From Rebecca billardiae RCC1528 (Eukaryota; Protista; Haptophyta), in the NCBI GenBank assembly GCA_965240325.2, contig OZ251229.1, positions 248,001 through 312,000 on the forward strand: DNA of 64,000 nt. The letters run 5' to 3'. The notes beneath the pieces were generated by a model. It did no database searches and had not been told where the DNA came from. It was given only the letters and a program-made list of their open reading frames with translations. Position 1 is the stretch's first letter. The number at the start of each line of letters is the position of its first letter. This document shows, piece after piece, positions 55,277-64,000 of the stretch. The translations under genes were made by a program, and so were the position numbers.

Positions 55277-56062
55277 TTACACCTTCATGATCTCCTTCTC
55301 CTTTGCGCCCACGGCGTCGTCAACCTTCTTCGTGAACTTCTTGACTGCCTCATCGACGTCGCTTTGCGCGTCCGCGACCCCGTCCTTGCTGAGCGACGAG
55401 TCCTCCGCCTTCTCGAGCTTCTTGATCGAGTCGATCGCATCGCGGCGAATGTTGCGCAGTGCCACCTTGCTCTCCTCTCCGAATGCCTTTGCCTGCTTGG
55501 CGAACTCCTTGCGGCGCTCCTCGGTCAGATCAGGAACGTTCAGGCGCAGGACGCTCCCGTCGTTGTTTGGCGCCATCCCAAGCTCGGCGTCAATTAGCGC
55601 GCGCTCTACGTCCTTGAGCGCAGCCTTGTCGTACGGCTCGACGACGAGCTGCTGTGCTGTCGGCGTCGAGATAGACGCCAGCTGGTTCAGGGGAGTAGGT
55701 GCGCCGTAGTACTCGACCACAATCTTGTCGAGCATGGCCGCGCTCGCACGGCCGGTCCGGATCGTGCTCAGGCTGTTGGAAAGGCTCTGGAGGGTTTTGC
55801 CCATGCGGTCCTCCGCATCAAGTTGGATGTCGTCGACATCCATGTGGACTCGGCACGCCGCAGCTGCTGGCATGTCTCGCCGCACGAAGGCCGAGTGAAA
55901 GTACCTGACGTCCCTAGCGAGGCCCGGCCGTGCGCCGTGGAGGGCCACCGCCGCCTGCGTGATCATCAACGCGCAGAGCGCCATTGTCACGGCGGTCGTG
56001 TCACGAGGCTTTTCGGCCGGCCCGGCGGCGGCCGGCTTCGGCGGGGTGATGACGAACGCCAT
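55277..56062 (-). CDS. frr: Ribosome recycling factor, probably plastid-targeted (alternative start 55984)
   Basis: IRTGRASAAMLD, LTEERRKE, KVALRNIRRDA, KEKEIMKV; signal-peptide-like leader MALCALMITQAAVA. Confidence 0.93.
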   Translation of the reverse strand: MAFVITPPKPAAAGPAEKPRDTTAVTMALCALMITQAAVALHGARPGLARDVRYFHSAFVRRDMPAAAACRVHMDVDDIQLDAEDRMGKTLQSLSNSLSTIRTGRASAAMLDKIVVEYYGAPTPLNQLASISTPTAQQLVVEPYDKAALKDVERALIDAELGMAPNNDGSVLRLNVPDLTEERRKEFAKQAKAFGEESKVALRNIRRDAIDSIKKLEKAEDSSLSKDGVADAQSDVDEAVKKFTKKVDDAVGAKEKEIMKV

Positions 56063-56220
56063 CAGCTTTTGCTTTCATCAACTTAATATTAGCCGGTGGG
56101 CCGGAGCCTGAGATTGCGATTTGCGCCATCTCCGCTGCTGCTGAGCAGAGATCGTTCGCCACCGTCATTCTGCGCAAGCAAGCACACTGTGAGCAAGGGA
56201 CCTCCCTTGCTGTGAGCGTG

Positions 56221-56892
56221 ATGACGCGCGTGACGGCTGCCCTGGTCGTGCTCTCGGTGGGGATGTCCGACGCCCTGCGCGTCGCGACGCGAAAGCCGCT
56301 CGCGTCCGTCGCGCAGAGAAGGGCGTTCTGCACGGCCGTTGCGCTCACGGCCTGGGCAGGGTGCGCTCGAGCGGAGGATGACGACGACTTGGGCACCACG
56401 AGGCTTGGTTCGGGCATATCGAAGCCGAAGTATCGCTTCCCCGATTTTCAGCGCACGCGCTCGGGCTTGCAGTACAAGGACTACAAAGTCGGTACGGGTG
56501 ACTCGGCGGACGTGGGCGATCGCGTCGTCATCGATTGGGACGGAGTCACGCTCGGATATCAAGGTCGGTACATCCAGACGCGCAACAAGCCAAAGGGCGG
56601 TGCCTTCGAGGGCATCGACACGGTGGACTTCCTCACATTCAAAGTGGGCGACGGAAAGGTCATCCCTGGCGTTGATGAGGCGGTGCGTGGCATGCAACCC
56701 GGCGGCATCCGACGAATCATCGTGCCTGAGGAGATCGGCTACCCGGCCGATGGGTTTGCTCGAATCGGTCCAAAGCCATCCTCCTTCTCAGGGCAGCGGG
56801 CGCTGGATTTCGTGCTGAGCTCCAAGGACTCGACGATGATGGACAAGACGCTCATGTTCGACATCAAGCTGGTTAAGGTGCAGAAGCGCTGA
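56221..56892 (+). CDS. FKBP19: Thylakoid-lumen FKBP-type PPIase (FKBP19-like)
   Basis: SGLQYKD, VVIDWDG.TLGYQGR...RNKPKGGAFEG, GGIRRIIVPEEIGYP, GPKPSSFSGQRALDFVL; signal peptide then twin-Arg QRRAF. Confidence 0.88.
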   Translation: MTRVTAALVVLSVGMSDALRVATRKPLASVAQRRAFCTAVALTAWAGCARAEDDDDLGTTRLGSGISKPKYRFPDFQRTRSGLQYKDYKVGTGDSADVGDRVVIDWDGVTLGYQGRYIQTRNKPKGGAFEGIDTVDFLTFKVGDGKVIPGVDEAVRGMQPGGIRRIIVPEEIGYPADGFARIGPKPSSFSGQRALDFVLSSKDSTMMDKTLMFDIKLVKVQKR

Positions 56893-57333
56893 GGCCGAGC
56901 ACTGAGGCTACTGCAGCAATGCTGCGACGATCGGCGCGAAGTGACTAGTGAGGCCGAGGGCACGGGCCGATCGGTACCTGAGATGTCAGCTGATGCCTGA
57001 TGCGATATCATTGGCTGACGACTCCGACCGACAGACCCGGCGGGTGATTGTTTTAAATGGACTCATTCTATGATTTGACGACACAGGTAGGACGGCGGCG
57101 CAGGACTCCTGATTCGTCGGCGGCAGTGCCCGATCGTCGACAAGACAGTCGGCGTTGGACTGAGTCTGATGGTGCCGGCCATTCGGTAGCGTTGCCAAGT
57201 TGCGCGTTTCATTTTCCCGCGCGCTTTGTTTTTCCACGACTGATCTTTCGACAGAAGTACTGGCGCCGAGGTTCCTGAGCGCCGGGCGGTCTCAACCTGC
57301 CGACGAGTCGACGACGGCCATGGTCGCTTCGCG

Positions 57334-59040
57334 ATGACGGGTGCAGGCTGGAGTCCGCTACGGTGCAGGCTGGCGTCCGCTACGGTGGGCGACGTCACGG
57401 GGACGTGGCGGTGGCGTCTCGTGTCGCTGGTAGGAGTGTGCGCCGCCGCCGCGCTACTTCCCGCAACGGCGGCCGTCGTCAGCCACCGTGTCGCCGCCGT
57501 CGACGTGCTTCGTGATGCAGTCGTCGCGTGTGAGCTTCGCGAGCACGAGGAGGTGCGGACGTGCGTGCTGCCGAGCCTTGCGAGCCTCAAACTGAGCGAC
57601 GGAGCTCATCGCACTGCGCATACGCCCAAGCTTCAACGGTTCTCGTGGGTCTATGGCACGCCATTCGGAGGCCTCGGGCTCGAGCTCGTCACGGACTTGC
57701 CGTCGTGCGAGCAAGGCGGAGGTGGACTCAGCGACGCCTGCATGCAGATACCACCGGCAGAGCGCCAGTCGGAACGGGTTGGCCTCCTCACGTCGCATCC
57801 TTGGGGACACAACTTCCAGCACTTTCACATGGAGCAGCTGCCGCAGATCCACTTCTATTACGCGCTGCTGCAGCGCGCATACAGCGTGGTCGCAGGTGGC
57901 GCGAGCTCAGACGAGCACAACAGCTCCGAAGGACGACGAGGGCCCGCATTGCACCTGCTCTTCCTCAACAATGCTGGGAGGTCGGGCGAGAATCGGACTC
58001 TCGCCGAAGTGGGGCCTTCTGCGTTTCAGCGCGAGGCGATGGAAATGCTGGGCGTCCCCACTAACCTCATCCGGGGCTGGCCGCCCGCACAGCCCCTGCT
58101 CATGTGGAGGGCAGTCTGGACGGGCATGACCATCGCCACTGGCGCTGCCTCCACTGAGGTGCAGCCCTTCGTGGCCGAGACGCTGGTCCAACTCAACGTC
58201 GCGGCCCGGGCGGAGTTCGAGCGTTCGTGGGAAGCCCAGGCAGGGGCTGGGCAGCGCCGACCTGCTGCTGCTGACGGCGAGCTCGTCTACGCGAGTCGGG
58301 GCGGGAGCAAGCGCGGTGTCGCCAACGAGGCCGAGCTGATCGCTGCGCTGCGTCCGCTCGGGTTCCGCGTGGATGACTTCGGCAATTACACACTTCGCGG
58401 CCGCGCGGCGATGCTTGGCCGCGCACGCCTCGTGGTCCACCCGTATGGCGCTGGCGTTGTCAACATGGTGTACGCGCCCTGCCCGCACACACGCTGGCTT
58501 TTCATCTGCGGCTTGTACTGCCAATGGAAAGTGCCGCATATCTACGCCTCGCTAATGCGCACAGCGCAGGCGCGCATCGTGCAGGCAAACTACTCGAGCT
58601 TGGCGCAGAGTGATGAGGGCGTGCGCGCAGCACTGGTGGCATTGGACGGCTGGGAAGGCGTCACTAGCCAGCCGTATCACGTGGACGTTCCACAGGTGGT
58701 TCGTGCAGTGCAACGCATGCTCGCGGAGCAGGAGAGAGGCAAGGCGACCGCCTCGTCATCATCGTCGTCTACCAAGCGATCAAGCGCATACGCAACCAGT
58801 TCCGAGCATCCGTCTGGGCGTATGGGCCGTCATCCAGGCTGCAGCTGGAGCTTGCCAGGAGCTTCTGCCAAGCCGCCACCGTACTCATCTCTGCCGACTA
58901 CAAGAGCGCAGTGGCGGAAACTCTGGCAACAGCAAGATGTCCCTGATGGCGACGCCCTGCCAGGAACCAAGGAAGCAAGAGCTGCAAAGATCCTACGGGA
59001 AGTCCGCGGGCTCCGCCGCCCCGCACGCGGCGGGCACTGA
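57334..59040 (+). CDS. Glycosyltransferase family 61 (DUF563)-like protein
   Basis: N-terminal anchor; HNFQHFHMEQLP, VYASRGGSKRGVANEAEL, VHPYGAGVVN motifs. Confidence 0.78.
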   Translation: MTGAGWSPLRCRLASATVGDVTGTWRWRLVSLVGVCAAAALLPATAAVVSHRVAAVDVLRDAVVACELREHEEVRTCVLPSLASLKLSDGAHRTAHTPKLQRFSWVYGTPFGGLGLELVTDLPSCEQGGGGLSDACMQIPPAERQSERVGLLTSHPWGHNFQHFHMEQLPQIHFYYALLQRAYSVVAGGASSDEHNSSEGRRGPALHLLFLNNAGRSGENRTLAEVGPSAFQREAMEMLGVPTNLIRGWPPAQPLLMWRAVWTGMTIATGAASTEVQPFVAETLVQLNVAARAEFERSWEAQAGAGQRRPAAADGELVYASRGGSKRGVANEAELIAALRPLGFRVDDFGNYTLRGRAAMLGRARLVVHPYGAGVVNMVYAPCPHTRWLFICGLYCQWKVPHIYASLMRTAQARIVQANYSSLAQSDEGVRAALVALDGWEGVTSQPYHVDVPQVVRAVQRMLAEQERGKATASSSSSSTKRSSAYATSSEHPSGRMGRHPGCSWSLPGASAKPPPYSSLPTTRAQWRKLWQQQDVPDGDALPGTKEARAAKILREVRGLRRPARGGH

Positions 59041-59074
59041 TTTATGCGGCCGCACTGCGTGCGCGACATTAATA

Positions 59075-59077
<3 letters not shown>

Positions 59078-59145
<68 letters not shown>
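59078..59145. repeat. (TA)n microsatellite
   Basis: Directly visible; one interruption. Confidence 0.97.
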
Positions 59146-59147
<2 letters not shown>

Positions 59148-59793
59148 CGCTGCTGTCATAATACTACAGCATATATATAGTATATATATAATATATATAC
59201 TATATATTATAACTACAGTCTGACGGGCTGTATCTTATTTCAGACTCTCTGATGATCATGAATTACAGCTACAGTTTATTTGTTTTAACTATACGTGCGT
59301 AAGGCTCACGGTGGCCGAGGTTGCCGCGCTATCGCACGCTCTCCGAAGAGAGACCTGGAAACTGGTTTTGAACCCATGACCAGCGCGCCGCACTCGGCAC
59401 TGCGCCACCGGCCGACCACCGGTCGCCGCGCGAGCGGCTCAGTGAATACTGAATGACTACGACGATGATTAAATATTGATTGCTGTTATTGGTGTGACGC
59501 CTGATAATGGGCACATGCACTCGGTCTTGGCAGTCGTCGGAGTGAGACACTGAGTCTGAGTAATAGCAGTGAGTGAGTAGCTAGTTATAACAGTTTAATT
59601 AAAAACTCGCCAAGCCCGAGGCCCGAGCCGCCGGTGCCCGGGTGGCGAGCGGTCGCAATATATATATGTATATTAACGACGTGGTATGCAACGGGCAGGC
59701 GTCAGTATATGCATTTATTTTAGGGTTATTTTATTGCCTTTTGATCCAATCGCAAAACTCAAAAGCTGATCGCGGGATAAATCATCGCCCGCC

Positions 59794-60723
59794 ATGGATG
59801 GCCAACCGCCACGGAGCGGAAGCGACGACGGCGACGAGGAGTCGCCTACCGTCAAAGATGCAGCGCCACGGAAGCCCACGCGTGTGACGCCTTTTCTGAT
59901 TGCCGAGACCGCTGGCATCGCTCGCGCCAGTGACGGTACCCTCCTGCCCGCCGACAAGCTGGCCGCGGAGGTCGTGCAATTGAAGCGCCTGAGGCTGGAC
60001 CGTCAGAACATCCGCGACCTCGACGGCCTCGACTGCTGCGAGGGGGCGACGCATCTGTACCTGCAGCACAACATTGTTGAACACATCGACGACAGCCTGC
60101 TCTTCTTGCGCTCGCTGGAGTTTTTATCCCTCGATCACAACCGCATCACGGTTGTCTCCAACCTGAGCGCGCTGCGTGCACTGCGGTATCTCGGCCTGGC
60201 GCACAACCTGATCGAGGAGGTGGACACAGGTGCGCGCGTGCGCATGCGCGCACGTTGCCCACCCGCGCCGCCCCCGCCCCTGCCGTAGCCCACGGGCTCG
60301 CGTGCCCCCTTCCCCGCCCTCGCAGCCGAAATCCCGTGCACGGTCCGATTCCTGGACCTGTACGCCAACCCGTGCTCACTCAGCCCGGACTACCGGCACA
60401 CGCTCACCGACGGCCTGCCGGCGCTGCTGGAGCTGGACCAGGTGCCTGTCCTGCGCGCGGACAAGGGAGCCGAGGATGCTGACGCGGAGAGCGCAGGCCC
60501 GCCCGCCGTGCCGCCGAGTGACGGCGACGAGAGCGGCGGCTCTCGGCCCGTACCCGCGGCTGCCACCGAGGCGCTCGCTGACCTGTGCGTCAGCAGACTC
60601 CGCGAGGGCTCGGCCGATGTGTCAGGTGAGCTCGACAGCGTACACGCCAAGAAGGATGCGATCCTGGCGCGCGCGAAGGAGCGGCGGGCGATGATGCGCG
60701 ACGTCAAGTACATCCCGCCATGA
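59794..60723 (+). CDS. SDS22-like leucine-rich repeat protein (LRRC46-like); intron 60230-60325
   Basis: LRLDRQNI, LYLQHNIV, LSLDHNRI, LGLAHNLI, then the LRR cap LDLYANPC...DYRHTL...LPALLELD after splicing. Confidence 0.85.
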
Positions 60724-61250
60724 CCTCGGCGCTTCGCAAGCTATGCTGCTGTGCTAAGTACGCCGCCCGGCCCCGGGCGGCCGGAGCACGGCCACGGGCA
60801 CAGTGACAGGTCCGACGGCGTGACGCCTGAGGCCCGAGCCTGACTAGAGCCTGACTGCTGACAGTGACAGTGACGGGCGACGGCAGTGCCATCGGCGGCA
60901 TCGTCCTGATTTGCGGATACTGATCGATGATGAGGGAGTCGATGATCATATCATTGATGTGAATTTCAATTGTGATGACGGTGCCCAGACGCGGCGTGAC
61001 TGGCAGACGCGGACCCGTCAGCCGTCTGAGGTTACAGAGGTAACACGGCACAAGACGACGAGAGTATTTTATTGATGACGACACCTGCGAACGAGAGTCG
61101 AGACCGCCGGCGGCTCATCAGGCTGCCACTGCCACTCCGCACTTGCGTGACGCGTCTCGCCCGAGAGCCCAGCCCCTGCCCCAGGCGCCGCGCCCACACC
61201 GCACACGCAGGCCACACTGCCACCACAGGCCATCATACTCGCGGTTACCA

Positions 61251-62784
61251 TCAAGGCCGCTCCAGCCATTGGCTGATGCGCCTGGCTGCTCCCGGCGACA
61301 GGCACGTGCTCTCGCGCGCCACCTCTTTGGCGAGCTCCCTGTCGAGCGCCCGCGGGAAGCGGTGTGGCGAGAGGTCTTTGGGCGGCATGGTGAAGGCCGG
61401 CGATGCCTGCGGGCCGTGTCGGACGAGGCACGCGCGCAGGGGCGGTTGGGATGTGGCGTGGCGATCATTGCGAGCCGCAAGCCATCGCAACGGCCATCGG
61501 ACCCGCGGGTGCGCGCGCGCGCGCGTGCGCGCGCACCGGCGGAGTGTGCTTAGCGCCCTCGCCCGGCGCGAGCCGTGGGATCGGGCTGAGGCCGTATCGG
61601 TCGACCTCGAGCTCGAGCTGCACGCGCGCGTCCTCCTCCGCCATGCTCAGCGGCGGAGGCCGACGCGGCGCGCTCGCCGAGCGCGCGCTCGGTGCGGCGC
61701 GCGGCGCGTGCGGCTGCTCCCTGGGCCTCGGAGGAGGCTTCGCGGAGGCACGAACGTCTAGCGCCCCCTCGAGCGCGAGGCGCACCGACGGGTCCCGCAG
61801 GCCTTGCAGGACGAGCGGCGCCGGCTGCGCGCGGCCGCGGGACGGCGGCGCGGCAGCGGTCGAGGGCCGCGGTGGCAGCTGCGAGGGGGTGCCGCGCACG
61901 GAGTGCGTACGCGTACGAGCCTGTGCCTGCGCCGTCGTCGCGTCCGTCGACGACCCCCTGTTCTCCCGATCGAGCGCAGCACCGCTCCGCGGGGGGCGCC
62001 CCGCCGCGCCTCTGCTCTGTGCGAGCCCAACGACCTTGCGCGCCGCTGCGGGCGGCGAGGGCGGCGCGGTGGGGAGAGTCGCTGCGGCCTTGCCGCTGAG
62101 CCCGAGCGCGAGCGGCTCCTCCTCGTGCGCGTGGCGGTTGAGCATCGGGTCGACGGACGGCGCGGCCATCCGCCGGATCTCCGCGAGGCGCAGCAGCGCG
62201 TCCTCACGCTCCGCCGCGGGCAGGAAGTTGGGCGCAAACTCAAAGCTGGCATGCCGCGCGCTCACGACGAGCAGGCCGACGCCGGAGAGGTCGATGGCCG
62301 CCTCCTCGTGCGCGCTCGCGATGCTGAAGATCGCGCTGACCAGCTCGCGCGAGCCCGAGAACACCTCGTCCTTCGTCAGGTTGGTCGAGAAGTTGAGCGC
62401 GAGCCGCGTGCAGTTCAGTGGCTCTGTCTTTGCGAGCTCGTTCGCGCGGAAGCCTGCGGCCGTGTGCATGCGCGACTTCAGGCCCGTGTCGGTGAGAAAG
62501 CGCTCATGAAATATGCACACGGGCCGGTAGCGACCGGCGGCAGACCCTGCGCTCGAGCCCGCTCGGCTGCTGGGCGTGCGCGTGGGCGCGAGCCCGTCGA
62601 CCCTCCACGTGAACGTGCACAGATGTGGGATGGAGGCGCCGCGGCAGCGGTTGAGCTGCTCCGCGATCCAGCGCAAGATGCACTCCCACACACGGTCCAG
62701 CGGCAGCGCTGTCGACGCGCGGCGCGTCGCTCGACGCGCCTTGCACAGCTCGAGGAGCTCCTGCTCCCCGAAGATCGCCGGCAT
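61251..62784 (-). CDS. CCDC81-like protein (tandem HU-like domains); intron 61407-61536
   Basis: VWECILRWIAEQLNRCRGASIPHLCTFTW...RPVCIFHERFL...LNCTRLA...IDLSGVGLL...FEF; splicing gives a stop at 61251. Confidence 0.72.
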
Positions 62785-62980
62785 GGATGGAGACGGCGCA
62801 ACGGCTGCGGCCCCGCTCGGAGGACTCTGCAAGCTCCGGCTCGAGGCCCTCGTTGTCTGGGAGGCTTCATCAACCTTGCTTCAACTTGCTTCAACCAATT
62901 CGAGTCGGTCTCGTCAAACTTCGATCCATCAAGATCCAGATCTACAGAAGCCAGGAGGGGGCTGAGGCCGCTCGAGCGAC

Positions 62981-64000
62981 TTCGTGTCAGGCGAGGCAGA
63001 TCGCGCCAGTGCGAGGCGAGGCAGACGCTCGCCTGCCTCGCCCAGCAGGCGAGGCAGCTAAGCTAGTAAAGCCGCGGCCGAACTTTACGAAAGCCAAATG
63101 TCTGCCGGTGCGCCGCCCGTCTTTGCGCACGGTGACAAGGGCGCGCGAGGGCGCTTCCTCACGATCCCGAAGAGCGCTGCGCGCGGCGTCGCGTTGGCGG
63201 CGGCAGCGGCGCTGGGGTGTATCTTGCCCATTCTGCTTGGCGGTGCGCGCTCATGACGCCTCGGCCGCCGCCACGCCATGCGCGACCGGGCGTGTCGCCT
63301 TCTTGACGGGCAGTGCACACGCCCTTGCAAGCGCACAGCCGTGAAGAGCCGAGAGCGTCCGTCGCGCGCACGCCGCCCACGCGGGATGAGGTTTCAGGAC
63401 TATTCGTATGACACTGAGCGATCGCGCTCTGGCATGTGCGAGCCATGATGACCATGGGTAGCAACTACGATGACCACTGCTCACCTGCATTTCAGCCGAT
63501 GACATCCTCTCGTTCAGCGATCTTGACTGCTCTGAGCGCATGGCGAACTCGGCGGAGCGCATGGGCAAGGTGGCTTCGTTGATAACACAAAGCATCCCGC
63601 GTGGGCGGCGTGCGCGCGACGGACGCTCTCGGCTCTTCACGGCTGTGCGCTTGCAAGGGCGTGTGCACTGCCCGTCAAGAAGGCGACACGCCCGGTCGCG
63701 CATGGCGTGGCGGCGGCCGAGGCGTCATGAGCGCGCACCGCCAAGCAGAATGGGCAAGATACACCCCAGCGCCGCTGCCGCCGCCAACGCGACGCCGCGC
63801 GCAGCGCTCTTCGGGATCGTGAGGAAGCGCCCTCGCGCGCCCTTGTCACCGTGCGCAAAGACGGGCGGCGCACCGGCAGACATTTGGCTTTCGTAAAGTT
63901 CGGCCGCGGCTTTACTAGCTTAGCTGCCTCGCCTGCTGGGCGAGGCAGGCGAGCGTCTGCCTCGCCTCGCACTGGCGCGATCTGCCTCGCCTGACACGAA
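62981..64000. repeat. Long inverted repeat: arms 62981-63388 and 63593-64000, 204-bp spacer; runs off the window
   Basis: The arms are reverse complements with no mismatch noticed; the ORF track shows mirrored identical peptides. Confidence 0.95.

Noticed and set aside
63085-63972. Identical ORF pairs on opposite strands
   Set aside because: A by-product of the inverted repeat; no coding evidence.

Overview
A very GC-rich, gene-dense eukaryotic window. Short GC-rich spliceosomal introns (mostly GTGCG...GCAG), flagellar/centrosomal genes and nucleus-encoded plastid proteins with signal-peptide-like leaders fit a flagellated alga with a secondary plastid (a haptophyte such as Diacronema/Pavlova is my inference, not proven). 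About 23 protein genes can be supported: ZIP transporter, C2-like/ankyrin/IQ protein, ARL2, MORN protein, MLKL-type four-helix-bundle protein, membrane-anchored modular subtilase, BART-START fusion, degenerate GNL3/nucleostemin, sulfotransferase-fold protein, EFL1, F-box/OmpA-like fusion, flavodoxin-2 oxidoreductase, ABCD transporter, cathepsin X, sulfatase, PX protein, WDR20/CreC, plastid RRF, FKBP19, GT61, LRR protein, CCDC81-like protein and a few hypotheticals. The intergenic DNA contains (i) three copies of a non-autonomous element with Helitron2/Helentron-like ends (5' ATIR, subterminal 3' ATIR, terminal hairpin), each with different cargo and two joined head-to-head; (ii) a decayed hAT element with perfect 13-bp TIRs and an 8-bp TSD nested in one of them; (iii) a 1.23-kb element with 29-bp TIRs and a 4-bp TSD; (iv) an inverted repeat of at least 408 bp at the right edge. 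Repeat copies often differ by small local duplications. All family assignments come from recognising motifs by eye; no database searches were run. No rRNA, tRNA or CRISPR array was recognised.
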